The notes under the pieces are model-generated. The model saw only the letters and a list, made by a program, of their open reading frames with translations. It made no database searches and was not told the DNA's origin. Below, one piece after another: positions 33,202 through 46,720 of a DNA stretch of 64,000 nt. Both the position numbers and the translations under genes were made by a program. Source of the stretch: TPA_inf: Saccharomyces (lineage: Eukaryota). Position 1 is the stretch's first letter, and every line of letters begins with the position of its first letter. The stretch lies in the NCBI GenBank assembly GCA_000146045.2, contig BK006943.2, forward strand, positions 416,001-480,000, written 5' to 3'.

Positions 33202-34665
33202 ATGGACGCATTGTTAACAAAGTTCAACGAGGATAGAAGTCTCCAAGATGAAAACTTGTCCCAACCACGAACGAGAGTAAGAATTGTTGACGACAATCTT
33301 TACAACAAATCGAATCCATTCCAACTATGCTATAAAAAACGTGACTACGGTTCTCAGTACTACCACATTTATCAATACCGTCTAAAGACTTTCAGAGAAC
33401 GCGTCTTAAAAGAATGTGACAAGAGATGGGATGCGGGCTTTACCTTGAATGGCCAATTAGTTCTAAAAAAGGACAAAGTGTTAGATATTCAGGGAAACCA
33501 ACCATGTTGGTGCGTAGGATCCATATATTGCGAGATGAAATATAAACCAAACGTACTGGACGAAGTGATCAATGATACATATGGTGCACCAGATTTAACT
33601 AAAAGTTATACTGATAAAGAGGGTGGTTCTGATGAAATTATGCTCGAAGATGAAAGTGGGAGAGTGCTTCTAGTGGGAGATTTTATTCGGTCTACACCCT
33701 TCATCACGGGTGTTGTTGTAGGTATACTGGGTATGGAAGCTGAAGCCGGGACATTTCAAGTTTTAGACATATGCTACCCCACTCCTTTACCACAAAATCC
33801 TTTCCCTGCACCAATTGCTACCTGCCCCACCAGGGGAAAAATTGCTCTTGTTTCTGGGTTAAACCTCAATAATACATCACCTGATAGGCTATTGAGATTG
33901 GAGATTTTGAGAGAATTTTTGATGGGGAGAATCAATAACAAAATTGACGACATTTCTCTAATTGGTAGATTACTGATATGCGGCAACTCTGTTGACTTCG
34001 ACATTAAAAGCGTGAACAAAGACGAATTGATGATTTCTCTAACTGAGTTCAGTAAATTTCTACACAACATTTTGCCATCTATATCTGTTGATATTATGCC
34101 CGGAACCAATGATCCAAGTGACAAATCTCTACCGCAACAGCCTTTCCACAAATCATTGTTTGATAAGTCCCTAGAATCATACTTCAACGGTTCTAACAAA
34201 GAAATTTTGAATTTAGTGACCAACCCATATGAGTTTAGCTATAATGGCGTAGACGTTCTAGCCGTTTCAGGCAAAAATATCAATGATATTTGTAAATACG
34301 TAATACCATCAAATGATAACGGAGAAAGTGAAAACAAGGTCGAGGAGGGCGAGAGTAATGATTTCAAAGACGATATAGAGCATCGCCTGGACCTTATGGA
34401 ATGTACAATGAAATGGCAAAACATCGCGCCCACCGCACCTGATACCTTATGGTGTTATCCGTACACTGATAAGGATCCATTTGTATTGGATAAGTGGCCC
34501 CACGTTTACATTGTGGCAAACCAGCCATATTTTGGAACAAGAGTAGTGGAAATAGGTGGTAAGAACATAAAGATAATATCTGTCCCTGAATTCAGTTCTA
34601 CTGGGATGATAATATTACTGGATTTGGAAACGTTAGAAGCAGAGACGGTCAAGATTGACATTTAA
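33202..34665 (+). CDS. POL31: DNA polymerase delta B-subunit, 487 aa
   Basis: 487-aa ORF. Position matches YJR006W. Confidence 0.85.
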   Translation: MDALLTKFNEDRSLQDENLSQPRTRVRIVDDNLYNKSNPFQLCYKKRDYGSQYYHIYQYRLKTFRERVLKECDKRWDAGFTLNGQLVLKKDKVLDIQGNQPCWCVGSIYCEMKYKPNVLDEVINDTYGAPDLTKSYTDKEGGSDEIMLEDESGRVLLVGDFIRSTPFITGVVVGILGMEAEAGTFQVLDICYPTPLPQNPFPAPIATCPTRGKIALVSGLNLNNTSPDRLLRLEILREFLMGRINNKIDDISLIGRLLICGNSVDFDIKSVNKDELMISLTEFSKFLHNILPSISVDIMPGTNDPSDKSLPQQPFHKSLFDKSLESYFNGSNKEILNLVTNPYEFSYNGVDVLAVSGKNINDICKYVIPSNDNGESENKVEEGESNDFKDDIEHRLDLMECTMKWQNIAPTAPDTLWCYPYTDKDPFVLDKWPHVYIVANQPYFGTRVVEIGGKNIKIISVPEFSSTGMIILLDLETLEAETVKIDI

Positions 34666-35019
34666 ATAAAACAAGGAATAATTTCCACATAGATATGCAA
34701 TTAAGTTTTATATGTAAAAGTGAGCATTCATCGTTCAGCTCAAAATACGTTTCTTGTCACAGCTGGTAGAAAAACTATGAGCGTTTTTTCTTACCCGCAG
34801 TCGGAGAAAAATTTTTTCTTCGAAGAGGCGAAAAAGAGAAGAAGAGAAAGCACAAATCTGATGAAATAGTAGTATAAAATCGCATTTACAAATTTTCAAC
34901 CATTGTTTATTTCCTAGGTCATTAAAGAGTAAAGTGCAATCTGTTTACTAATCAGTTTTTGTCTTCATATTTTTGTGTCTTTTCTGCTGCCTCACGCACC
35001 TTCTATAATACACCAAATA

Positions 35020-35934
35020 ATGTCCACTTCTCATTGCAGATTTTATGAAAACAAATACCCAGAAATTGACGATATCGTCATGGTTAACGTCCAGCAGATT
35101 GCTGAAATGGGTGCTTATGTTAAATTGTTAGAATATGACAACATTGAAGGTATGATTCTACTAAGTGAATTGTCCCGTAGACGTATTAGGTCAATCCAAA
35201 AATTAATTCGTGTTGGTAAAAATGATGTCGCCGTTGTTCTTCGTGTCGACAAAGAAAAAGGTTATATTGATTTGTCCAAACGTCGTGTTTCTTCTGAAGA
35301 TATCATTAAATGTGAAGAAAAATACCAAAAATCTAAGACTGTTCATTCCATTTTAAGATACTGTGCCGAAAAATTCCAAATCCCTTTGGAAGAACTATAT
35401 AAGACCATTGCTTGGCCATTAAGTCGAAAATTTGGTCACGCTTACGAAGCTTTCAAACTATCCATCATTGACGAAACTGTTTGGGAAGGTATTGAACCGC
35501 CATCAAAAGATGTTTTAGATGAATTAAAGAACTATATCTCCAAGAGATTAACACCACAAGCTGTAAAGATTAGAGCCGATGTTGAAGTGTCTTGTTTTAG
35601 TTACGAAGGTATCGATGCCATTAAAGACGCATTAAAATCAGCTGAAGACATGTCCACAGAACAAATGCAAGTTAAAGTTAAATTAGTCGCCGCCCCATTA
35701 TATGTTTTGACCACCCAAGCCTTGGATAAGCAAAAAGGTATTGAACAACTGGAAAGCGCTATTGAAAAAATTACAGAGGTTATTACAAAATACGGCGGTG
35801 TTTGCAACATTACCATGCCACCAAAGGCTGTCACTGCTACTGAAGACGCTGAGTTACAAGCTCTATTAGAAAGCAAAGAATTAGATAATAGATCTGACTC
35901 TGAAGACGATGAGGATGAGTCAGACGACGAGTAA
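35020..35934 (+). CDS. SUI2: Translation initiation factor eIF2 alpha, 304 aa
   Basis: The track ORF starts at a GTG (34975). The first ATG (35020) gives MSTSHCRFYENKYPEIDDIVMVNV...LLSELSRRRIRSI... (the Ser51 phosphorylation loop), with an acidic tail DSEDDEDESDDE. Confidence 0.9.
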   Translation: MSTSHCRFYENKYPEIDDIVMVNVQQIAEMGAYVKLLEYDNIEGMILLSELSRRRIRSIQKLIRVGKNDVAVVLRVDKEKGYIDLSKRRVSSEDIIKCEEKYQKSKTVHSILRYCAEKFQIPLEELYKTIAWPLSRKFGHAYEAFKLSIIDETVWEGIEPPSKDVLDELKNYISKRLTPQAVKIRADVEVSCFSYEGIDAIKDALKSAEDMSTEQMQVKVKLVAAPLYVLTTQALDKQKGIEQLESAIEKITEVITKYGGVCNITMPPKAVTATEDAELQALLESKELDNRSDSEDDEDESDDE

Positions 35935-36429
35935 TCATTGCCGCGCCTAATTTTTCTAGGTGTTTTCAAGTGTCATACTGTTTTAGAAAATTTTGTATAG
36001 AACAAATACGTATATCCTGCCATATCATATTCTTTGCAATATACACCTTGTACATTTGGCTATTATAAATATTACAATCCATTTAATCATAATCAAAATT
36101 TAATTTCTGTTACCACGGGGTTGTCAGTGGAGCATGCCCTGCCGGTTCTCTATAATTTATCTTTTTCACATGAGATATTTTTACCTCAAAAGGTAGTGAT
36201 GCTGTAATAATATGAGGCTCCCCCCTTTCCTTCGGAATTGCATTTAAATCATTGGGGAACACTAAGACAAGACAAAGGGGCCGTCCACTCATGTGATTTT
36301 CAACAAAACAGATAACATGCGGATACACACTGATATATTTTCAAAGGAAAGTCTGACTGATACTTAAGTGAAGTGGTCCTAGTCGGTGGCTTAGGTGGAC
36401 TACAGTGCAAAGAATAGAATTTTTCAAAC

Positions 36430-37446
36430 ATGTCAATACGTCCAGCAACACATGCAGGCTCATGGTATTCCAATAGAGCCCAAGAATTATCTCAACAACT
36501 GCATACATACTTGATCAAAAGTACCCTTAAAGGCCCAATTCACAACGCCAGAATTATCATATGTCCTCATGCCGGTTACAGGTATTGTGGACCCACTATG
36601 GCCTACTCGTACGCATCGTTGGATTTGAACCGTAATGTTAAGAGAATATTTATCTTGGGGCCGTCGCATCACATCTATTTCAAAAACCAAATATTAGTTA
36701 GTGCATTCAGTGAGCTAGAGACGCCCTTGGGTAATCTGAAAGTGGATACAGACTTGTGTAAAACATTAATACAGAAGGAGTATCCTGAGAACGGAAAGAA
36801 GCTGTTTAAGCCAATGGATCATGACACTGATATGGCTGAACATTCCTTAGAGATGCAGCTCCCCATGTTGGTGGAAACTTTGAAATGGAGAGAAATTTCT
36901 TTAGATACGGTGAAGGTATTTCCTATGATGGTTTCTCATAACAGCGTTGATGTTGATCGTTGCATTGGTAATATCTTGTCGGAGTACATTAAGGATCCGA
37001 ACAATTTATTCATTGTAAGCAGTGATTTCTGTCATTGGGGCCGCAGATTCCAATATACTGGGTACGTCGGAAGCAAGGAAGAGTTGAATGATGCCATTCA
37101 AGAGGAAACAGAAGTGGAAATGTTAACTGCTAGGAGTAAACTTTCACATCATCAAGTTCCCATTTGGCAATCCATTGAAATAATGGACAGATATGCGATG
37201 AAAACGCTAAGTGATACTCCAAATGGTGAAAGGTACGATGCTTGGAAACAATACTTGGAAATCACCGGAAACACCATATGCGGCGAAAAGCCAATTAGTG
37301 TGATACTAAGTGCTTTATCGAAAATCCGTGATGCCGGTCCTTCAGGCATCAAATTTCAGTGGCCTAATTATTCACAGAGTTCTCATGTGACAAGTATTGA
37401 TGATAGTAGTGTCAGTTATGCTTCAGGTTATGTTACTATAGGATAA
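36430..37446 (+). CDS. MHO1: Memo1-family protein, 338 aa
   Basis: 338-aa ORF. Position matches YJR008W. Confidence 0.75.
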   Translation: MSIRPATHAGSWYSNRAQELSQQLHTYLIKSTLKGPIHNARIIICPHAGYRYCGPTMAYSYASLDLNRNVKRIFILGPSHHIYFKNQILVSAFSELETPLGNLKVDTDLCKTLIQKEYPENGKKLFKPMDHDTDMAEHSLEMQLPMLVETLKWREISLDTVKVFPMMVSHNSVDVDRCIGNILSEYIKDPNNLFIVSSDFCHWGRRFQYTGYVGSKEELNDAIQEETEVEMLTARSKLSHHQVPIWQSIEIMDRYAMKTLSDTPNGERYDAWKQYLEITGNTICGEKPISVILSALSKIRDAGPSGIKFQWPNYSQSSHVTSIDDSSVSYASGYVTIG

Positions 37447-37682
37447 TGATCACGGCTAAAACGGTCGAATGTAAGCATATATCTTTCGATTGTATAATTG
37501 TTCCCAAATACTACAGCATCTCAAGGAAAAAAAAACAAAAACTTCCAAAAAAATCGAATCCCTGAGGAATCTTTAATACATTTTCAATCTATTTAAGTTT
37601 TATAAACGTGTATATGAGATGTCATGAGCATGAATTATTAATAATAAAAACTAAATCATTAAAGTAACTTAAGGAGTTAAAT

Positions 37683-38708
<1,026 letters not shown>

Positions 38709-39861
38709 TTAATTTGAAACTAAGTTCTTGGTTTTTTTAACATTTAAACAAACAATAATAAAATGAATAGACACACAAGAAAAAAACTATCTTGAATGAG
38801 TGCAACCTTTATATATTCTTCCAAACCTACAAAAAAATTGCAGGTCTGCGATCACTGGGTACTATCAAAACACATATTAGCATACGTATGTGTTCGTACG
38901 TGCGGTCCGCAAGGTCTTTGTGACAGCCATGACATGATTGGATTGAATAGTTCACTTCAGCTGTCACCACCAGTTTTAGGCCCTAACACATCAGTCGAGT
39001 TCCACTAGGCTTTGTTAGCCGTAGCTGCGTTGCAACAACTGCGCAAAACGCGCGACTTCCTGTAAATGCCGCAGATCACGTGGTAAAGAAAAGAAACAAC
39101 AGGCCGACCCAGTTTCGTTGTTTCTTTTCATTATTTCTGGATGCTCTTCACAACGTATTTCATGACATACTTATTGAATTAGTGGAAGCCCAAAACATCA
39201 TTACCCTGGAAAACTTAATTGACGTAAATTAACTTCAGTTGTCTTATGTTTTTTGCATCCTTAACTTTAGCCGCGCAGGGATAATCATATATGTCGAAAG
39301 AGCAACTAAACAATACTTAAAAACGTGTTTGAACTTTTACGAAAGGGTAACGACAAATAATCATTCACTGGAAAAACCAATAAACCATAAGTAAATGAAA
39401 AACTGTTTCAACCGATGTTGGTACTTTCCATGTCTTAAAAGAGTACAATTTATAAATTAATGAAAACACAGAAGTATTTAGATCGGCTCAAATGTTTTTG
39501 GACATTAAAAGATCTTGAAACTGAGTAAGATGCTCAGAATACCCGTCAAGATAAGAGTATAATGTAGAGTAATATACCAAGTATTCAGCATATTCTCCTC
39601 TTCTTTTGTATAAATCACGGAAGGGATGATTTATAAGAAAAATGAATACTATTACACTTCATTTACCACCCTCTGATCTAGATTTTCCAACGATATGTAC
39701 GTAGTGGTATAAGGTGAGGGGGTCCACAGATATAACATCGTTTAATTTAGTACTAACAGAGACTTTTGTCACAACTACATATAAGTGTACAAATATAGTA
39801 CAGATATGACACACTTGTAGCGCCAACGCGCATCCTACGGATTGCTGACAGAAAAAAAGGT

Positions 39862-39884
39862 CACGTGACCAGAAAAGTCACGTG
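39862..39884 (+). promoter_or_regulatory. Two Cbf1/Met4-Met28 sites, TCACGTGA at 39861-39868 and CACGTG at 39879-39884, about 360-380 bp upstream of MET3
   Basis: GGTCACGTGACCAGAAAAGTCACGTGTAATT was read directly. CACGTG E-boxes are the hallmark of MET regulon promoters. Confidence 0.7.
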
Positions 39885-39985
39885 TAATTTTGTAACTCAC
39901 CGCATTCTAGCGGTCCCTGTCGTGCACACTGCACTCAACACCATAAACCTTAGCAACCTCCAAAGGAAATCACCGTATAACAAAG

Positions 39986-39994
39986 CCACAGTTT
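39986..39994 (-). promoter_or_regulatory. Met31/Met32 site AAACTGTGG (reverse complement of CCACAGTTT) in the MET3 promoter
   Basis: Exact 9-mer on the minus strand, about 245 bp upstream of the MET3 ATG and close to the Cbf1 sites. Confidence 0.55.
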
Positions 39995-40064
39995 TACAAC
40001 TTAGTCTCTTATGAAGTTACTTACCAATGAGAAATAGAGGCTCTTTCTCGAGAAATATGAATAT

Positions 40065-40110
<46 letters not shown>

Positions 40111-40226
40111 TTGGTTCTTTTTTAGCTTGTGATCTCTAGCTTGGGTCTCTCTCTGTCGTAACAGTTGTGATATCGTTTCTTAACAATTGAAAAGGAACTA
40201 AGAAAGTATAATAATAACAAGAATAA

Positions 40227-41774
<1,548 letters not shown>

Positions 41775-42076
41775 TCGTCATAAAATGCTCCCATCTCAAA
41801 AGTAGGGCAAAATTCATGATCGACCGCGCAAAATAAATAGATTTGCAAATAAGTTTTGTATGTACATTTATTAATATATATAATATATCAAAAGAAAAAA
41901 ATCAAAAAAAAAAAAAAAAAAAAATTGCACTCTTATTCAGTCATCAATTACAAAACCTAGAGATAGCGATGGTGCATATTCAATAAAAAACTCCTTATAC
42001 TGTCGAGAAAGCTTATTATTGGTACTTCTCGAAGATACTAAAAAAGGTTAATTTTTGGAGACGGAGGCAATAGCGA

Positions 42077-42361
42077 CTAGTCATACTGGTCGACATTAAT
42101 TTCAATTTTTGGCTGTGCCCACCTCAATTTTTGTTTATTATACCATGGGTAAGCTGGCAAAACACATATTAAAGTAATCACACAACTAATGCCATACGCA
42201 GTCAGTAAAACTTTCAGGGACTGTTGTGCAAATCCCAATATACACGCTACCAAAGCTCCGATCATGAGCGATAGCTGTTGAAATTTTTCTGTTTTCCGTT
42301 GGCTGGGAAAATCTATTGGAAAAACCAGTTTCCTTTGTACATCTTGTAATATCTCAGACAT
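42077..42361 (-). CDS. SPC1: Signal peptidase complex 12-kDa subunit, 94 aa
   Basis: 94 aa with two transmembrane segments. Position matches YJR010C-A. Confidence 0.75.
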   Translation of the reverse strand: MSEILQDVQRKLVFPIDFPSQRKTEKFQQLSLMIGALVACILGFAQQSLKVLLTAYGISCVITLICVLPAYPWYNKQKLRWAQPKIEINVDQYD

Positions 42362-42640
42362 TGAAGTTGACTATGACGTGACGTTGATCTTGTTTGAGTA
42401 TTGCTTGACCAATCCTGGAGTAACTTCGTTTAATCTGCCTCGTTTTTTTCTCTAAATAGTTTCTATTATCCCTCCTCCACGCGAGATGTATTTAAAATGT
42501 GAAAAGTGTACACATGGCGTTCATCTTACGTAGATGAGAGAAACGCTAAGAAGCCAACCAAACTAGTATAATCTATACATTTATAGATGTTTGTGTAGAA
42601 CCTTATTTTTATACTCTTGTATTATATTACATTACTTGCA

Positions 42641-43426
42641 TTAAACCGTCATTTCACCAATAATTTGGTCCTTTAGCCAATTAACATATCTGATGAATGG
42701 TTCACCCTTGCTAACATCAATAACACTATCGTTCGTAGCTTTTCTATATATATTAATCAGGCCCTTATCCTTAGAGAGCTCGTTAAATAGTTTACAATTC
42801 AAAAGATCTAACTGAAACTTCCAAATGGGTAACAATTCATTCTGTAACACATTAACTAAGATCTTCATCTGTAAATCGTTCATCTGTGACTGTTGTTTAC
42901 TCATAGGGATCTTGTTCAAAAATTTGTAGAGATTAACGAATCCTGATAAACAATTTTGCATTTGTAATATAAATTCATCTTTAAAATCGACATTTAATCT
43001 GTTTAATTCCTGGAAAATATACCTGTTCACTCCATAAATGGAGGTGACTAGAACCTTCTCGATCAAATGCCGGCATTTTCCAGGAGTTTCAAAGTGATCT
43101 AACTCACAACTATCCAATAATAAGCGGAATCCTGTCCTTAAATCGTAAATTAGTTCACAAATATCACTCTTTAGTGCAAGGAGTTCTTTTTTGTGTGAAA
43201 TAAATGTGCCAGAATGGTTTAATACTTCGTCTTCCTGCTTTTGAGCCAGATAATACAAGACATACATTAGATCCGTCATATAATGTGAAGTATTCAGAAT
43301 AAACGGCACTATTTGATTCAGCAGTATAACATTTTTCTTGTTGTTTTCGGATATTCCGTCATTGAGCAAAAGTTTGGTTTGTAAAGACGAAACTGTACTT
43401 TCATTAGATTCTCGTGTTTCACTCAT
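42641..43426 (-). CDS. Protein of unknown function (YJR011C), 261 aa
   Basis: 261-aa ORF with an ATG start and ordinary codon usage. Position matches YJR011C. Confidence 0.65.
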   Translation of the reverse strand: MSETRESNESTVSSLQTKLLLNDGISENNKKNVILLNQIVPFILNTSHYMTDLMYVLYYLAQKQEDEVLNHSGTFISHKKELLALKSDICELIYDLRTGFRLLLDSCELDHFETPGKCRHLIEKVLVTSIYGVNRYIFQELNRLNVDFKDEFILQMQNCLSGFVNLYKFLNKIPMSKQQSQMNDLQMKILVNVLQNELLPIWKFQLDLLNCKLFNELSKDKGLINIYRKATNDSVIDVSKGEPFIRYVNWLKDQIIGEMTV

Positions 43427-43794
43427 ACGCCTTTATATGCTATCACAGTTACCTTATTTGTCCTTTTTCTTGTAGAGCTATTCTCTATTCTGCTTTGACT
43501 TAACTAGCGTGAAATTAAAACCAACGCCGCTTATCTAATCACAATAAAAGATCAGACTGTGAAATTAATAAAAAGGAAAGGATAAAACGACAGATATCGC
43601 ACTAACTTTGTTAGAAACATTATGCAGACAAAAGAAGGAGATGCATGTGCCTTTGTATTCTTTTAAACGCAAAAAGGGCAGGTCTATGATTAAGTATGAA
43701 TGAGCGATATAAAATTTAAGTAGAAAAGGGAAGATAATAGTACTATATATAAATATATAAATGCATTTTTTTACATACCTGTTGGGTGAATAAT

Positions 43795-44418
43795 TTACCT
43801 AGCTGTTGGATTTGCTGTTACTGTATTATTGTCGTCATCATTGCCATCGCCTTTATTGTTATCATTGTTATTGTCATCATTATCGTTGTCACTGTCATTA
43901 ATCTGTAACTTAGACTGTATATCGTAACATTCAGACAGCCTTGTTAATGAGGTCATGCCTTCTAGGCTTTCTTGATCAATGTCCAGAGATATATTGGGTT
44001 TGTCTAATGATCCTTGATGAGATTGATGCTGCAGCTGACCTTCCCAAGGCCTAGGTCTTGGCCTCAATGAAGGAGTACTAGCTAAACCCTCATCCAGCGT
44101 AACATTGGGCACCTCCACAATATTAGGTATAGGCTTGTTATTCAGAATGTGATCCAGCAACTCTTCATAACTAAGTTCACCACCTGCTGCCATGCTTGAC
44201 TCGTTATGTTCGCAATCAATTTTCAAGAGGTAAACCGAAACATGTGGAGCTCTTTTACAGGCTCCGATAATAATAAAAGAAACTTTAATAGTTGGTAAGA
44301 ACTTGACAAAAAAAAACACAATATATATACATAAAAAAGTCAACAACTGACAAGCAAGGTAAAAGGTGATAAAGTTGAAAGATGACTGGCGAAGAATGGG
44401 GCTTGACTGTACTGTCAT
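43795..44418 (-). CDS. Protein of unknown function (YJR012C), 207 aa. Its 5' end overlaps the divergent GPI14 start by 37 nt.
   Basis: ATG at 44418. An N-terminal transmembrane segment is followed by an Asp/Asn-rich acidic tail. Confidence 0.6.
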   Translation of the reverse strand: MTVQSSPILRQSSFNFITFYLACQLLTFLCIYIVFFFVKFLPTIKVSFIIIGACKRAPHVSVYLLKIDCEHNESSMAAGGELSYEELLDHILNNKPIPNIVEVPNVTLDEGLASTPSLRPRPRPWEGQLQHQSHQGSLDKPNISLDIDQESLEGMTSLTRLSECYDIQSKLQINDSDNDNDDNNNDNNKGDGNDDDNNTVTANPTAR

Positions 44419-45593
44419 TCTTGGTAAGAGTCGGATTTTTTCTTTTTGGCATTTACCAGGACGCTAATTTCAAAGTGAGGTACACTGATATCGACTATTT
44501 TGTGTTTCATGATGCTGCTAAATATGTATACGAAGGCAAATCACCTTATGCAAGGGATACATATCGTTACACACCGCTACTAAGTTGGCTGCTAGTGCCT
44601 AATCATTATTTTGGATGGTTTCATTTGGGGAAGGTCATATTTGTTATTTTCGATTTGGTTACTGGGCTCATTATAATGAAGCTTTTGAACCAGGCCATCT
44701 CCAGAAAAAGAGCTTTAATATTGGAAAGCATTTGGCTATTGAATCCGATGGTTATCACCATCAGTACAAGGGGAAACGCTGAAAGCGTGCTTTGCTGTTT
44801 GATCATGTTCACGCTTTTTTTTCTACAAAAGAGTAGATACACCCTAGCTGGAATCTTATATGGTCTTTCTATCCATTTCAAAATATATCCAATCATATAT
44901 TGTATCCCAATAGCAATTTTTATATACTACAATAAAAGAAACCAGGGTCCACGAACACAACTTACATCGCTACTCAATATCGGTTTGAGTACTCTAACAA
45001 CTTTGCTTGGATGTGGTTGGGCAATGTACAAGATATACGGATACGAGTTTCTGGATCAGGCATACTTGTACCACTTATACAGAACGGATCACAGACACAA
45101 TTTTTCAGTGTGGAACATGCTATTGTATTTAGATTCTGCAAATAAGGAAAATGGTGAGTCCAATCTCTCAAGGTACGCATTTGTGCCTCAATTGCTGCTT
45201 GTTTTAGTAACTGGATGTCTTGAATGGTGGAATCCCACATTCGATAACCTATTGAGGGTTTTATTTGTGCAGACGTTCGCATTTGTGACATATAATAAAG
45301 TGTGCACATCGCAATATTTTGTTTGGTACCTGATCTTTCTACCATTTTACCTCTCAAGAACGCACATTGGTTGGAAGAAGGGGCTTTTAATGGCCACGCT
45401 TTGGGTAGGAACGCAGGGAATTTGGTTAAGCCAAGGTTACTATTTGGAATTCGAAGGCAAGAATGTATTCTATCCTGGACTATTTATTGCAAGCGTGTTA
45501 TTTTTCGTCACCAATGTGTGGCTACTGGGTCAATTTATTACTGATATTAAGATACCGACGCAACCCACAGTTTCCAACAAAAAGAACAACTGA
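44382..45593 (+). CDS. GPI14: GPI mannosyltransferase I (PIG-M homolog), 403 aa
   Basis: 403-aa multi-pass membrane protein. Position matches YJR013W. Confidence 0.85.
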   Translation: MTGEEWGLTVLSFLVRVGFFLFGIYQDANFKVRYTDIDYFVFHDAAKYVYEGKSPYARDTYRYTPLLSWLLVPNHYFGWFHLGKVIFVIFDLVTGLIIMKLLNQAISRKRALILESIWLLNPMVITISTRGNAESVLCCLIMFTLFFLQKSRYTLAGILYGLSIHFKIYPIIYCIPIAIFIYYNKRNQGPRTQLTSLLNIGLSTLTTLLGCGWAMYKIYGYEFLDQAYLYHLYRTDHRHNFSVWNMLLYLDSANKENGESNLSRYAFVPQLLLVLVTGCLEWWNPTFDNLLRVLFVQTFAFVTYNKVCTSQYFVWYLIFLPFYLSRTHIGWKKGLLMATLWVGTQGIWLSQGYYLEFEGKNVFYPGLFIASVLFFVTNVWLLGQFITDIKIPTQPTVSNKKNN

Positions 45594-45828
45594 CTGACGT
45601 GAACTTGCACCATGTACATCAATTCTATAAATCTACTCATATAATGAATGTGTAAATATGAAAAAAAAAATGCAAAAGCGCACCACCAAAAGAGAAAAAA
45701 GCTGAAAAAAAAAAGGAAAAAGATACTTGATGTGATGTGTGAGTGAAAAAATTATTAATTCCTACTGGATAAAATCACCCCAAGGAAACAGTTCAAGAGC
45801 TAAACTAAAGAAAAGCATATTGCATAAA

Positions 45829-46425
45829 ATGTTAAGAGAAGTCATCTATTGTGGAATTTGCTCCTACCCACCAGAGTACTGCGAGTTTTCAGGAAAATTA
45901 AAGCGTTGTAAAGTTTGGTTATCTGAAAACCACGCAGACCTTTATGCAAAGCTATACGGTACTGACGATAATACGCAAGAGGTGGAAGCCGTGACCAACA
46001 AACTGGCTGAATCCAGTATTGGCGAAGCTAGAGAGGAAAAGTTGGAAAAGGACTTGCTGAAAATTCAAAAAAAACAGGAAAACAGGGAACAAAGAGAATT
46101 AGCTAAGAAGCTGTCATCGAAAGTGATCATTAAAAGAGAAGCTAGGACCAAGAGAAAGTTTATCGTCGCTATCTCTGGGCTGGAAGTTTTCGACATCGAC
46201 ATGAAAAAGCTAGCCAAGACATTTGCGTCTAGGTTCGCCACAGGGTGCTCAGTCTCGAAAAATGCAGAGAAAAAAGAAGAAGTTGTCATTCAAGGTGACG
46301 TGATGGATGAAGTGGAAACTTACATACATTCCTTGCTGGAAGAAAAAGGCCTAAAGGACGTCAAAGTGGAAACCATCGATGCTAAGAAGAAGAAAAAGCC
46401 TGCTGCAGAAGGAGCTGCCAAGTAA
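45829..46425 (+). CDS. TMA22: Translation machinery-associated protein (SUI1-domain, DENR-like), 198 aa
   Basis: The track ORF starts at a GTG (45739). The first ATG (45829) gives MLREVIYCGICSYPPEYCEF..., 198 aa, with a Lys-rich C-terminal tail. Confidence 0.8.
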   Translation: MLREVIYCGICSYPPEYCEFSGKLKRCKVWLSENHADLYAKLYGTDDNTQEVEAVTNKLAESSIGEAREEKLEKDLLKIQKKQENREQRELAKKLSSKVIIKREARTKRKFIVAISGLEVFDIDMKKLAKTFASRFATGCSVSKNAEKKEEVVIQGDVMDEVETYIHSLLEEKGLKDVKVETIDAKKKKKPAAEGAAK

Positions 46426-46720
46426 GCAATCCATAAATATGTAATAGCACCGTTCTGGGAGAAAAGGACTTTTTACTTGGTAACCAGGCGTGTAGGTTAG
46501 ATAGTCAAACCCTATATCGTTCTTGAGATCGTCGCTCATATATACTGTGCAGCCGGCCCTCGTGCGCCTGCGCCGTTCCTTCTCTGAAACCTTCGTAGTA
46601 GGACAATAAATATAGTCCCCATTGCCTATTCAAATTATTTGCAACCGAAAAACTGCAAAATTTGTTGTTGACCATAGGCGTACAAAACACAACTCAATCC
46701 AGCCGTAAGTAAGTATAGTT

